DNA of 64,000 nt from an uncultured Gammaproteobacteria bacterium (GCA_963812125.1 CAWETY010000010.1:272747-336746), one strand, 5' to 3'. Counted from the first letter of the stretch, positions 39,965 to 49,461 are shown. Program-made: numbers and translations. The notes: generated from the sequence alone by a model not told the origin.

Positions 39965-40423
39965 TCACTTTTTTGTTAGATCGATCTTCGCAGTGTCCGG
40001 CATAGTAATCTTCAAACTGGGTTCTGGCGGGTCAATTTTCAATACACCGCTCTCTGGTAGTGTAATGCTCACCACATCGCCGTCTGACAGAGTGATTCGG
40101 TCCGGTATCTTTAAGGCACCAAGAAAATCGCTTAGCTTTGTTGTGCCTGCGGACGAAGTAATGCCCAGTCCGCTTAAACCGTAAGTCTTGTCGCGCAGTT
40201 CTTTGAGCAGTCGCTGTTTTTCATCCTCCATCTTCTTGATGCTCGATCTCAAGCGTTCCGCGTCATTTTCGGATTGGCCTTTGACCTCCTGGAGTGACTC
40301 CTTCGTTGTGGCAAGATCACGTGTGGTCGTGGCGAGTTCGGCTTGCAATTCGCTGATGCGGCCGATCTGAGTCTTAATATCGGCCTCCGGGACAATGTCA
40401 GTCCAATTCTCGATAGCTCGCAT
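39965..40423 (-). CDS. hypothetical coiled-coil protein (probably the N-terminal part of a nonsense-interrupted HTH protein)
   Basis: 152 aa. The N-terminal half is heptad-like and charged (ISELQAELATTTRDLATTKESLQEVKGQSENDAERLRSSIKKMEDEKQRLLKELRD). It ends '...AKIDLTKK*', where an HTH helix would begin. Confidence 0.45.
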   Translation of the reverse strand: MRAIENWTDIVPEADIKTQIGRISELQAELATTTRDLATTKESLQEVKGQSENDAERLRSSIKKMEDEKQRLLKELRDKTYGLSGLGITSSAGTTKLSDFLGALKIPDRITLSDGDVVSITLPESGVLKIDPPEPSLKITMPDTAKIDLTKK

Positions 40424-40576
40424 CGCATCCTATCTCAACCTCACCGGCTATAACTCGGCCTTACAGCACAGAACGCCCTGCCCCAAATGTTCGCGCGCGC
40501 AGACCCCGTGCGAAATCCGTGTAGGGCCTATTCGTCGGAAGATGGAATTTATTTTACGAGGTAATTCAGGGAGTTA

Positions 40577-40652
40577 TGGTGGGACGGCTGGGACTCGAAC
40601 CCAGGACCAAAGCCTTAAAAGGGCCTTGCTCTACCAACTGAGCTACCGTCCC
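40577..40652 (-). tRNA. tRNA-Lys (anticodon UUU), CCA encoded
   Basis: The reverse complement folds as GGGACGG-TA-GCTC-AGTTGGTA-GAGC-A-AGGCC-CTTTTAA-GGCTT-TGGTC-CTGGG-TTCGAGT-CCCAG-CCGTCCC-A-CCA. 76 nt, canonical cloverleaf. Confidence 0.95.
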
Positions 40653-40752
40653 ATTTGCAGGCGCGCATCATAGCCGAACTTTGCCGCTAGATCACCGGCA
40701 AACGCCCGGGGGCCTGGCTGCAGATGTGGTGCGGCTGGCCGCGCCAGGCAAT

Positions 40753-41430
40753 CTAGCGGTAGCGCGTGGGATCCGGCGTATTCGCCGCGGCAAAGCCTGC
40801 CGCACGCAGCCGGCAGGAGTCGCACCGGGCACAGGCCCTGCCCTCGGCGTCGGCCTGATAGCATGAAACGGTCGCGCTGAAATCCACGCCAAGGCTCAGG
40901 CCGGCTCGAATAATCTCCGCTTTGGTCATTTCGATCAGCGGTGCGTGAATTTTGAAACGCGCGCCCTCGACGCCGGCTTTGGTGGCCATTTGTGCCAGCT
41001 TTTCGAACTCATCAATGAAGGCGGGACGGCAGTCCGGATAGCCGGAATAATCGAGAGCGTTGACGCCAATGAAAATATCCCGGGCGCCGATGACTTCGGC
41101 CCAGCCCAGCGCCAGCGCTAAAAACAGGGTATTACGGGCGGGAACATAGGTCGCCGGAATTCCCGGCTGCGGCGTCTCGGGTACGGCAACGCGGGTATCC
41201 GTCAGCGCCGAACCCCCGATCCCCGCCAAATCCACCCGCATGACCCGATGCTCATGCGCACCGAGCGCACCGGCGACTCGCGCCGCCGCGTCGAGTTCGG
41301 CGCGATGCCGCTGACCATATTCAACGCTAAGTGCATGGCACTGAAAATTCTTCGAGCGCGCCATTGCCAGCACCGTAGCCGAATCGAGACCGCCCGAGAG
41401 CAACACGATGGAGCGCGCATGGGCCGTCAT
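40753..41430 (-). CDS. queC: 7-cyano-7-deazaguanine synthase
   Basis: '[14 protein letters not shown]' PP-loop, 'YGQRH..EL', C-terminal Zn-Cys cluster 'SCYQ...ACARCDSC'. Confidence 0.95.
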   Translation of the reverse strand: MTAHARSIVLLSGGLDSATVLAMARSKNFQCHALSVEYGQRHRAELDAAARVAGALGAHEHRVMRVDLAGIGGSALTDTRVAVPETPQPGIPATYVPARNTLFLALALGWAEVIGARDIFIGVNALDYSGYPDCRPAFIDEFEKLAQMATKAGVEGARFKIHAPLIEMTKAEIIRAGLSLGVDFSATVSCYQADAEGRACARCDSCRLRAAGFAAANTPDPTRYR

Positions 41431-41433
41431 GGG

Positions 41434-42096
41434 TCACTTACCGGGCACATCGCCCCACAAGATCTTGTGGAGCTGCAACTGAAATCGAACGGGCAAGCGA
41501 TCTGCGAGAATCCAATCCGCCAACAGCGTGGGTGCCAGTTGGTTGTAGCTGGGCGAAAAAAGGATGCGGCAGCGCTCGCTCAGCCCATGCTCGCGCAGGA
41601 AATCTTTGCTCCAGTCATAGTCCGCACGCGAACAGATCACGAATTTCAGTTGGTCGCGCGGCGAAAGATGCGCGAAGTTCTCAATGCGATTGCGCGCCGC
41701 CTCGTTTGAGGCCGGCGTCTTGACATCGATCACGCGCGAAACGCGCGAATCGACGGCCGCCACGTCGAGCGCGCCGCTGGTCTCCAGCGAGACTTCATAT
41801 CCGGCATCGCACAGACGTTGCAGAAATTTCAGGCAATTCGGCTGCGCCAGGGGTTCGCCGCCGGTCACGCAGACGTGCCGGGTCCCAAGTTCACCGACTT
41901 TGAGCAGAATGGCGTCAAGGTCGAACCATTCTCCGGAGTGAAAAGCATATTCGGTATCGCAATACTGGCAGCGCAGCGGACAACCGGTCAGCCGCACGAA
42001 CACCGTAGGGAATCCTACGCAGTCGGCCTCGCCTTGCAACGAATGAAAAATCTCATTGATGCGCAAGCGCTCGGATTTGACCGCCTGCTCACTCAA
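41434..42096 (-). CDS. queE: 7-carboxy-7-deazaguanine synthase (radical SAM)
   Basis: 'LRINEIFHSLQGEADCVGFPTVFVRLTGCPLRCQYCDTEYAF'. TTG 42096 overlaps the ybgF stop (TTGA) and gives about 220 aa. The track start at 42204 would overlap ybgF by 112 nt. Confidence 0.9.
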   Translation of the reverse strand: MSEQAVKSERLRINEIFHSLQGEADCVGFPTVFVRLTGCPLRCQYCDTEYAFHSGEWFDLDAILLKVGELGTRHVCVTGGEPLAQPNCLKFLQRLCDAGYEVSLETSGALDVAAVDSRVSRVIDVKTPASNEAARNRIENFAHLSPRDQLKFVICSRADYDWSKDFLREHGLSERCRILFSPSYNQLAPTLLADWILADRLPVRFQLQLHKILWGDVPGK

Positions 42097-42902
42097 TGTT
42101 TCTCGGACGACATCTTGTCCAGCCGTTGTTGCGCCAAGCGCGCCGCGGGTGTGTCGGTAAATCGCGCGACGACCTGGCCGAGCACTTCGCGGGCCGACTG
42201 CCACTGCTTGGTCTCATAGCGGCAGAAGCCGATCTTGAGCAGCGCGTCGGGGAGTTTGCGCGATTGCGGATAAGTGTCGACAACGCGCTGAAATGCCGCC
42301 TCCGCCTCCGGATAGGCCTTGTTCACGTAGTAGGCTTCCCCGAGCCAATACTGCGCGTTGTCCGCCAGCGAGCTGGTGGGATAGGCCGCCAGAAATTTCT
42401 GGAAGGCACCGATGGCGCGGTCATATTGGCCGTCTTTCAACAGATTGAACGCTGCCTGGTAAGCGACTTTATCTTCGCCGGAGTCGGCGGCGCTGGTCCC
42501 GGCAGCAGCGCCAGCAGCGGAAGCGCCCAATGCCGCGCCGGCCGCCGCCGCAGGCGGGGCGCTCGCAGCCGCCGCCGAGCCGGCGCGCGCCTCCAGATTC
42601 TTCAAGCGCTGATCCAGGTCCGCGTACATGTCCCGCTGTTGTTTGCGGCTCGATTCCAGGGCGTTGTTCAACTGATCGACGTCATTGTGCATGGAGCGCA
42701 CGTCGCTGCTCAGGGCTTCCAGCTGATTCGAGACGTCGAGCAGGCTCTTATTGGCCATCACCCTTTCGATACGCTCGAGGCGCGTATCCAGGTCCTTCAA
42801 TTTGATCTGCACCGGATCCTCCTCCGGCGGGGTCGATGCGCAGCCGCTCAACGCCCACAAGAGGCACGCTGCGCTCAAACCCAGTAAGGCAGGCCTATTC
42901 AC
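42093..42902 (-). CDS. ybgF: Tol-Pal system protein YbgF / cell-division coordinator CpoB
   Basis: Signal/lipobox-like 'LLWALSGC', coiled-coil N-domain, Ala-rich linker, C-terminal TPRs ('AYQAAFNLLKDGQYDRAIGAFQKFLAAYPTS...'). GTG 42902 overlaps the pal stop (GTGA). Confidence 0.88.
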   Translation of the reverse strand: MNRPALLGLSAACLLWALSGCASTPPEEDPVQIKLKDLDTRLERIERVMANKSLLDVSNQLEALSSDVRSMHNDVDQLNNALESSRKQQRDMYADLDQRLKNLEARAGSAAAASAPPAAAAGAALGASAAGAAAGTSAADSGEDKVAYQAAFNLLKDGQYDRAIGAFQKFLAAYPTSSLADNAQYWLGEAYYVNKAYPEAEAAFQRVVDTYPQSRKLPDALLKIGFCRYETKQWQSAREVLGQVVARFTDTPAARLAQQRLDKMSSEKH

Positions 42903-43447
42903 GGCAGATAGACCAATTCCACGCGCCGGTTTTTCGCCCATGCCGCCTCGTCATCGCCCTCGACCGCGGGCCGCTCGGAGCCGAAACTGACCGTGCTGAC
43001 CTGCGATTCCGCCACGCCCTGCAGCATCAGGGCCCTGCGTACCGCCTGCGCGCGGCGTTCGCCCAAGCCGATATTATATTCGCGGGTGCCGCGCTCGTCG
43101 GTGTTGCCTTCCAGTTTCATCTTCAGCTTGGGATTGGCGCTCAGAGTGTGGGCCGCGGCGGTCACGATGTCCGCGAACTCCGGCTTGATCTCCGACTTGT
43201 CGAAATCGAAATAGATGATCTTGCGCGCGAGCGGTCCCGTCCCCTCGCCGTTCAGGCCGCGCGCGCTGCTATTGGCATCCCCGCCCAGCGGCGAAGTCGC
43301 GGTCGACGCGCCTTCCGCGGCGTTGGCACCTGAATCCGGAACCTGGGTACCGGCGACGGGTGCGTCATGCACGTTGTGCTTCTTGGGGCAACCGGCCAGC
43401 AGTGCGGCGCCTGCAATGAGCACGGCGATCGAAAGGATGCGTTTCAT
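42899..43447 (-). CDS. pal: peptidoglycan-associated lipoprotein Pal
   Basis: Lipobox 'LLAGC'. OmpA-like domain 'IYFDFDKSEIKPEF...LEGNTDERGTREYNIGLGERRAQAV'. Confidence 0.95.
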   Translation of the reverse strand: MKRILSIAVLIAGAALLAGCPKKHNVHDAPVAGTQVPDSGANAAEGASTATSPLGGDANSSARGLNGEGTGPLARKIIYFDFDKSEIKPEFADIVTAAAHTLSANPKLKMKLEGNTDERGTREYNIGLGERRAQAVRRALMLQGVAESQVSTVSFGSERPAVEGDDEAAWAKNRRVELVYLP

Positions 43448-43528
43448 TTATTTCTCCGTCCTGATCCTAAGTGAATCCATGGCTTGTAAGGGTACCGGCG
43501 ATCAGGCTAATTGTGTATTAGTTTGACG

Positions 43529-44827
43529 TCAGAATGGCGCCCACGCGGGCTCTTGGAGTTCTCCGTCGCTCGAAATAAGCCGCTGCTGCACTCTGCCATC
43601 GGCGCTGACCAGGGCCAGCACGCCCCTTCCCTTGTCCCGGCTGGCATAGATCAGCACCGCCCCATTGGGTGCATAGCTCGGTGAGACATCAAAATGGCCT
43701 TTCGTCAGCACCTGGACATCGCCGCGCCCGCGAAGATCCATGGTCGCGATTCGATAGTCGCCGTTCTCCTGGGTCACAAACGCCAATTGCGACTCATCCG
43801 GGGAGATGCGCGGCCGCGCGTTGTAACTGCCTTGGAAGGTAAGACGCCGCGGCTTGTCGCCCGGTTTGATGCCGACCTTGTAAATCTGCGGCCCCCCCGC
43901 CCGGTCGGAAGTGAAATAAATGCTTTGGCCGTCCTTGGACCACTGCGGTTCGGTATCGATTCCCGGATCATCGGTGATGCGGGCCAACACTTGGCTGCCC
44001 AGGTCCAATGTATAGATGTCCAAGTTGCCGTCGCGCGTCGACAGCACCAACGCCAGCTTACGGCCGTCCGGAGACCACGCCGGCGCCTGATTCACGCCGG
44101 CATGCGCCGAGACCACCCGCCGATCGCCGGTCTTCAAGGTCTGCACGTATACGGTCGGCAAGCGCTGCTCGAAAGAGACGTAAGCCAGGCTCGAGCCGTC
44201 GGGCGACCATGCCGGCGACATCAGCGGCTCATGAGACTGCATGACGACATGCGGGTTTTCTCCGTCGGCATCAGCCACGATGAGCTGGAAGGTCTTGTCG
44301 GGCAGATGTCCCAACACCGATACGTAAGCAATGCGGGTGGAGAATGCGCCGCGGATCCCTAAGATCTTCTCAAAGACCGCGTCGGCGATTTGATGGCCGG
44401 CGGATCGCAAACCGGCTCGATTGGCGCTGATCTGAAAGCCCAGCAGCCGCTGCCGGGTAAGTACGTTGTACAGTTCGTAGGTAATGCTGTAGTGGTCCGT
44501 GCCGTCCGCCTGCATGGAACCCACGACCATGTAGTCATTGTTGAGCCTGCGCCAATCGTCGAATGCGATAGTGGCGCCGGTGTGCGGCTGATCGATCATG
44601 TCCTTGCGGTCCATGGTTCTGAAGCGGCCGCTGCGCGCGAGATCGTCGCTCACCAGCTGCGCCACATCGAACGAAGCTGCGGTCACTTGCGCCGCTGCGA
44701 ACGGCACGACGGCAATCGGAATGGCTTCGGTCTGACCCTTCGTGATCTCGACGACAAATTCGGCGTGCGCCACAGGACCCGCCAATGTCAGCACGAGGAC
44801 CGTCAAACACGAAAACAGCTTATGCAT
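43529..44827 (-). CDS. tolB: Tol-Pal system beta-propeller protein TolB
   Basis: Signal peptide and repeated 'P.WSPDG..LAYVS' propeller blades. 432 aa. Confidence 0.95.
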   Translation of the reverse strand: MHKLFSCLTVLVLTLAGPVAHAEFVVEITKGQTEAIPIAVVPFAAAQVTAASFDVAQLVSDDLARSGRFRTMDRKDMIDQPHTGATIAFDDWRRLNNDYMVVGSMQADGTDHYSITYELYNVLTRQRLLGFQISANRAGLRSAGHQIADAVFEKILGIRGAFSTRIAYVSVLGHLPDKTFQLIVADADGENPHVVMQSHEPLMSPAWSPDGSSLAYVSFEQRLPTVYVQTLKTGDRRVVSAHAGVNQAPAWSPDGRKLALVLSTRDGNLDIYTLDLGSQVLARITDDPGIDTEPQWSKDGQSIYFTSDRAGGPQIYKVGIKPGDKPRRLTFQGSYNARPRISPDESQLAFVTQENGDYRIATMDLRGRGDVQVLTKGHFDVSPSYAPNGAVLIYASRDKGRGVLALVSADGRVQQRLISSDGELQEPAWAPF

Positions 44828-44836
44828 GGGTGAACT

Positions 44837-45721
44837 CTATTCCTCAGGATGAAAGTGAATCACCAGGTTGCGCTCGAACAATGCCGGGTCCGGCGGCGCC
44901 GGCAAGGGCGAAGCCCGGTATACGGCATTTTCGATCGACTGGCGGGCGGCGGCGTCGCCGTTGCACTGGCTGACGTGCGCGCTGGTCACCTCGCCGCCCG
45001 GAATCTGTGTAATGTTTACAATACAATCCAGCCCGGCACGCGCCGATGGCGGCTTGATCCAGGCATTCTGAATTCTGGCAGCCAACCGCGCAATATATAG
45101 CGCCCGCGCCGGGCTGGCCTCGACCGCGCTGACATGCTCTTCCTCGGCCAGCTGACGCTTCAATTCCGCTTCGCGGTCCGCCTTCGCTTTTGCGTCCGCG
45201 GCGCGCTTGGCATCGTCGGCCTGCTTGGCCTCCGCGGCGCGCTTGGCCTCCGCCGCGCGCTTGAGATCGTCTGCCCGTTTGGCGTCATCGGCGCGTTTAA
45301 GTTCCTCGGCATGCTTCGCGGCGGCGGCTTTCTGCGCCTCGGTGGCGCGTGCCGCCTCGGCTTGCTTGGTGCGCTCGACTTCGGCTGCAGCCTCTTTGGC
45401 CTGCTCCGCCTCCTTTTGCCTTTCAGCGGCCATTTGCGCATCGGCCACGGCCTGCGCGGCAGCGGCATCGGCCGCGGCTTTCGCGGCCGCGGCCGCGCGC
45501 ACCCGCGCCGCCTCTTGCGCGGCCCGCTCGGTCAGCGCACGTTGCGCGGCGTGCAAGACTTGCGAATCGATGACGACGGCATCGACAGGAATCGGCTGCG
45601 CCGTGGGCAGCGAGTGGTTGATGGAGATCAGCGTCGCCGCCAGCAGCGCGGCCGCCAGCAACCCATGCAGTGCGACGGAGAGCAGCAGGGGCCATGAGTG
45701 TTCGCGAAAGAAACCCGGCAT
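44837..45721 (-). CDS. tolA: Tol-Pal system protein TolA
   Basis: N-terminal TM 'WPLLLSVALHGLLAAALLAA', long Ala/Lys/Glu-rich helical domain II, C-terminal domain III. Position between tolR and tolB. Confidence 0.88.
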   Translation of the reverse strand: MPGFFREHSWPLLLSVALHGLLAAALLAATLISINHSLPTAQPIPVDAVVIDSQVLHAAQRALTERAAQEAARVRAAAAAKAAADAAAAQAVADAQMAAERQKEAEQAKEAAAEVERTKQAEAARATEAQKAAAAKHAEELKRADDAKRADDLKRAAEAKRAAEAKQADDAKRAADAKAKADREAELKRQLAEEEHVSAVEASPARALYIARLAARIQNAWIKPPSARAGLDCIVNITQIPGGEVTSAHVSQCNGDAAARQSIENAVYRASPLPAPPDPALFERNLVIHFHPEE

Positions 45722-46201
45722 TCAGCGCGCTCCGCTGGAGGCTCCGTTGGCGGGGCGCGGGTTAGGCACATTGCGTACCGGGTCGGTCAGAAACCCGACT
45801 TTCGAAGCTCCGGCCTTCTGCAGCAGCACCATGGCCCGCACCACCGTGCCATAGGGGACGGTGGTGTCGGCCTTGACCAGGACCGGCGTCTGCGGATCGC
45901 GGCGCAGGAGCGCGGCCGTGCGCGAGCTGACGGTCGACTCGGACACGGGCTGATCTTGATTCTGGCCGAAATTGATGTACAAGCGGCCGCCGGAATCGAT
46001 GGTCAGGATCAACGGCTCGTGCTTCGCCAGGAAATCCGCATCGATCGGCTTGGCACCCGCGTCCGGCAAATCCACCTTGACACCTTCCTTGAGCAAGGGC
46101 GCGGTGATCATGAAAATGATCAACAGCACCAGCATGACGTCGATGTAGGGCACCACGTTGATTTCGCCCATCAACCGTCGGCGGCGTTGCGGCGTCGGCA
46201 T
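45722..46201 (-). CDS. tolR: Tol-Pal system protein TolR (ExbD family)
   Basis: 'MGEINVVPYIDVMLVLLIIFMITAPLL' is ExbD/TolR-typical. Confidence 0.92.
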   Translation of the reverse strand: MPTPQRRRRLMGEINVVPYIDVMLVLLIIFMITAPLLKEGVKVDLPDAGAKPIDADFLAKHEPLILTIDSGGRLYINFGQNQDQPVSESTVSSRTAALLRRDPQTPVLVKADTTVPYGTVVRAMVLLQKAGASKVGFLTDPVRNVPNPRPANGASSGAR

Positions 46202-46204
46202 CGC

Positions 46205-46888
46205 TTACCCCGGCGCCCGGGTGGACCCGTGGCGCTGCAAGATGGTGGAGAACTCTTCGACGAACGTATCGAAGCGCAGTTCCAAGCGGCTGACTTGATC
46301 GGCCAGGCGATTGTAGGCAATCACGGCGGGGATGGCCGCAAACAGACCCACGGCGGTCGTGATCAACGCTTCGGCGATGCCCGGCGCCACCGCCGCAAGC
46401 GTCGCCTGCTGCACGTTGCCGAGATTGTGGAACGCACTCATGATCCCCCAGACCGTGCCGAACAATCCCACGTAGGGACTGGTCGAGCCGACCGTGGCCA
46501 AGATCGCCAGGTTTTGCTCCAAGCGATCGAGCTCGCGCAGTTGCGCCACCCGCATCGCGCGCCTAGCGCCGTCCAACAGCTGCTCCGCGGGCACCCCTTG
46601 CTGGCGCAGCCGGCTGAACTCGCCGAACCCCGACTCGAAGATGCTCTGCAGACCGGTGCCCGCGCGGCCCTTGGTCTCTATATTGCGATACAGGGTGGCA
46701 AGATCGCCCCCGGACCAGAACGCGGTTTCAAATTTCGCCGCTTGGCGGCGCGAGCGGCCGATCACCTGGCTCTTGTGAAAGATGACGGCCCAAGAGGTCA
46801 CCGAAGCGATCAGCAGCAGTCCCACCACCACCTGCACGATGGGACTCGCATCCAGCACCATGCTCCAAACCGACAAGTCATTGGGCAT
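46205..46888 (-). CDS. tolQ: Tol-Pal system protein TolQ (MotA/ExbB family)
   Basis: 'LATVGSTSPYVGLFGTVWGIMSAF...VAPGIAEALITTAVGLFAAIPAVIAYN'. Confidence 0.95.
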   Translation of the reverse strand: MPNDLSVWSMVLDASPIVQVVVGLLLIASVTSWAVIFHKSQVIGRSRRQAAKFETAFWSGGDLATLYRNIETKGRAGTGLQSIFESGFGEFSRLRQQGVPAEQLLDGARRAMRVAQLRELDRLEQNLAILATVGSTSPYVGLFGTVWGIMSAFHNLGNVQQATLAAVAPGIAEALITTAVGLFAAIPAVIAYNRLADQVSRLELRFDTFVEEFSTILQRHGSTRAPG

Positions 46889-47291
46889 TGCGCCACTCCG
46901 TAAAAAGATCTTTGGGGATGGCGCGCGGCTTCAGCGTGCCGGAATCGAGGCAAGCGACACGCACCGTGGCATCGATCAACTGCTCGTCGCCCCGCTCTAT
47001 GGTTTGCTTGAAATGTATTGTGGCACCCGCCAGACGCTCGAGGACCGCCGTGACGAGAATTTCATCATGCAGCAGCGCGGGACGCAGAAAGTCCACGGTA
47101 ATATTTACCACCACGAACTGCAGGCAGCGCTGCGCGCGCAACTGCTGCTGATCGATCCCCAACGCCCGCAACCAGTCGGTGCGGCCGCGCTCCAAGAATT
47201 TCAGGTAATTCGCGTAATACACGACGCCGCCCGCATCGGTATCTTCCCAGTAAACATTGAAACGCGACGCGAAGCTCGGCGCAGCGGACAT
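46878..47291 (-). CDS. ybgC: Tol-Pal-associated acyl-CoA thioesterase YbgC (4HBT family)
   Basis: 'VYWEDTDAGGVVYYANYLKFLERGRTDWLRALG'. Position upstream of tolQ. Confidence 0.88.
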   Translation of the reverse strand: MSAAPSFASRFNVYWEDTDAGGVVYYANYLKFLERGRTDWLRALGIDQQQLRAQRCLQFVVVNITVDFLRPALLHDEILVTAVLERLAGATIHFKQTIERGDEQLIDATVRVACLDSGTLKPRAIPKDLFTEWRNAQ

Positions 47292-48336
47292 TTATTGGCT
47301 GTCCCGGAACAGCGAAAGATTCATTTCCCGCTCGGGAGCGGCCAGGCCAAAGTGCGCATAGGCGGCGCGCGTCGCCACCCGTCCGCGCGCCGTGCGCATC
47401 AAAAATCCCTGCTGGATCAGGAACGGCTCGATGACATCTTCGATGGTGCCGCGCTCCTCGCTCATCGCAGCGGCCAGGCTGTCCACGCCCACCGGGCCGC
47501 CATCGAATTTCTCGATGATCGTCAACAGCAGCTTGCGGTCGAGCATGTCGAAGCCTTCCGGGTCCACCTCGAGCATGGTGAGCGCCGCCAGCGCGACTTC
47601 GCCGCTGATGATCCCCGACGCTTTCACTTCGGCAAAATCGCGCACCCGGCGCAGCAGCCGATTGGCGATGCGCGGCGTGCCGCGCGATCGCTCCGCGATG
47701 CGGTCGGCGCCGTCCGGCTGCAGGTTCAACTGCAGAATCGACGCGCTGCGGATCACGATCTGGGTCAAATCCGCGGTGCTGTAGAACTCGAGCCGCTGCA
47801 CGATGCCGAAGCGATCGCGCAGCGGCGAGGTCAGCAAGCCGGCGCGGGTCGTGGCGCCCACCAGGGTGAAGGGCGGAAGATCCAATTTGATGGAGCGCGC
47901 GCCGGGGCCCTCGCCGATCATCAGGTCGAGCTGCGAGTCTTCCATGGCCGGATACAGCACTTCCTCGACGACCGGACTCAAGCGATGTATCTCGTCGACG
48001 AACAGCACGTCGCGAGGCTCGAGATTGGTGAGCAGCGCCGCCAGATCGCCGGCGCGCTCGAGCACCGGACCGGAAGTCTGGCGCAGATTCACCTTCAGTT
48101 CGTTGGCGATGATGTGCGCCAGCGTGGTCTTGCCGAGTCCCGGGGGCCCGAATATCAAGACATGATCCAGCGCCTCGCCGCGCATGCGCGCCGCCTGGAT
48201 GAAAATGTCCATCTGCGTCTTGACGTTCGGCTGGCCGATGTAATCGTGCCAGGGTCTTGGGCCGCACCGCCCGATCGATCAATTCGTCGTCGCGGCGGCT
48301 GCTGCCGGCAATGATCCGATCCTGTTCGATGCTCAT
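47292..48336 (-). CDS. ruvB: Holliday junction DNA helicase RuvB; frame break near 48240-48250
   Basis: Walker A '[13 protein letters not shown]', 'LFVDEIHRL', '[17 protein letters not shown]'. The N-terminus '[29 protein letters not shown]' is in another frame and joins as ...RPKTLA|[19 protein letters not shown]. Confidence 0.95.
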
Positions 48337-48345
48337 ACGCGATAT

Positions 48346-48947
48346 TTAGGCTTTCACCGCGGATTTGAGGGCGCGGCGAATGATTTCGGTGGTCGACAGT
48401 CCCGGCTCATCGGCCGACTTCAGCAGCCGCGTGATTTCCGGGGGCTTATAGCCCAAGGCGATCAGCGCGCTGAACGCCTCGCTTTGCGCCGATTGCGCGG
48501 CGCCGGGGTTCAACGGATTGCCCGCGAGCGGCCGGCAACGAGAGCTTCTGCACGCTGTCGCGCATCTCAATGATGATCCGCTCCGCGGTTTTTCGGCCGA
48601 TGCCGGGAATTCGCGTCAGCATGGCGACATCCTCAGCCTCGATGGTGCGCAGAAAATCCTCCACGCTCGCCCCGGACAGCACGCCCAACGCGATCTTCGG
48701 CCCCACTCCCGAAACCTTGAGCAGCCCGCGGAACAGGCGCCGCTCGCCGTCGGTGCCGAAACCGAACAGGATATGGGCATCCTCGCGCACCACCAAATGC
48801 GTGAACAGCGCCACCGGTTCACCGGTGGCCGGCAGTCCGTAAAAAGTCGACATCGGCGCTTCCAACTCATAGCCGACGCCATTGACATCCAGCATCAGCA
48901 TGCGGCGGCTGCTTCATCGCCAGCCGGCCCTTGAGAAAGCCGATCAT
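48346..48947 (-). CDS. ruvA: Holliday junction DNA helicase subunit RuvA; two frame breaks (about 48900-48910 and 48490-48545)
   Basis: 'MIGFLKGRLAMKQPP' | 'MLMLDVNGVGYELEAPMSTFYGLP...LLKVSGVGPKIALGVLSG...LTRIPGIGRKTAERIIIEM' | '...SEAFSALIALGYKPPEITRLLK' lie in three frames. Confidence 0.9.
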
Positions 48948-49461
48948 CGGCTAAAGCCGCCTGCAGCAGAAGCGCCCGTCCGCGCAGCGCGTGGCACACC
49001 GCCGCCGCCAGGGCATCGGCCGCGTCCGCGGGCACAGGTCCATCGAGCTTGAGCAGGCTGCGCATCATCAGCTGCACCTGGGCCTTTTCGGCATTGCCGG
49101 CGCCGACGACGGCCTGCTTGATCTGGCGCGTCGCGTATTCGAACACTTCGACGTTGGCGTTTGCCGTGCCGCAAATGGCCGCGCCGCGCGCCTGGCCCAG
49201 CTTCAAGGCGCTGTCGGGATTGCGGTTCACGAACACCTTTTCAATGGCGATTTCCTGCGGTTGATATTGCGCAACGATGGTTTGCATACAGCGAAAAATT
49301 TCGCACAGCCGGGCCGCAAAATCGGCCTGCGCGGTGCGGATGACGCCGCTCGCCACGTACGTCAAACGCGAGCCCGCGGCATCCAATACGCCGAAGCCGG
49401 TGCGTTGCGAGCCCGGATCGATGCCGAGCACGCGGATGACCGCCACTTCACGCTCGCGCAA
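48895..49461 (-). CDS. ruvC: crossover junction endodeoxyribonuclease RuvC
   Basis: 'RVLGIDPGSQRTGFGVLD', 'EIAIEKVFVNRNPDSALKLGQARG', 'DAADALAAAVCHA'. The start may be GTG 49440. The 3' end overlaps ruvA by about 50 nt, so the true stop may be TAG 48951-48953 after another indel. Confidence 0.9.
   Translation of the reverse strand: MREREVAVIRVLGIDPGSQRTGFGVLDAAGSRLTYVASGVIRTAQADFAARLCEIFRCMQTIVAQYQPQEIAIEKVFVNRNPDSALKLGQARGAAICGTANANVEVFEYATRQIKQAVVGAGNAEKAQVQLMMRSLLKLDGPVPADAADALAAAVCHALRGRALLLQAALADDRLSQGPAGDEAAAAC

Noticed and set aside
39965-39967. TGA as selenocysteine or programmed readthrough
   Set aside because: I saw no SECIS-like hairpin immediately downstream. The position is in an HTH helix where Sec has no precedent. 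The surrounding islet is full of decayed genes, so a nonsense mutation or sequencing error is simpler.
37200-40577. Intact prophage or integrative element at tRNA-Lys
   Set aside because: No integrase, excisionase, transposase or phage structural gene could be recognised in any frame. Only TA and HTH remnants and degenerate repeats remain.
45130-45560. Imperfect short tandem repeats (GCGCGCTTGGC-like units) that could be taken for a repeat array
   Set aside because: They encode the Ala/Lys/Glu-rich helical domain II of TolA (..AKRADDLKRAAEAKRAAEAKQADDAKRAADAK..). There are no unique spacers or regular repeat/spacer periodicity, so this is not a CRISPR or a non-coding repeat.
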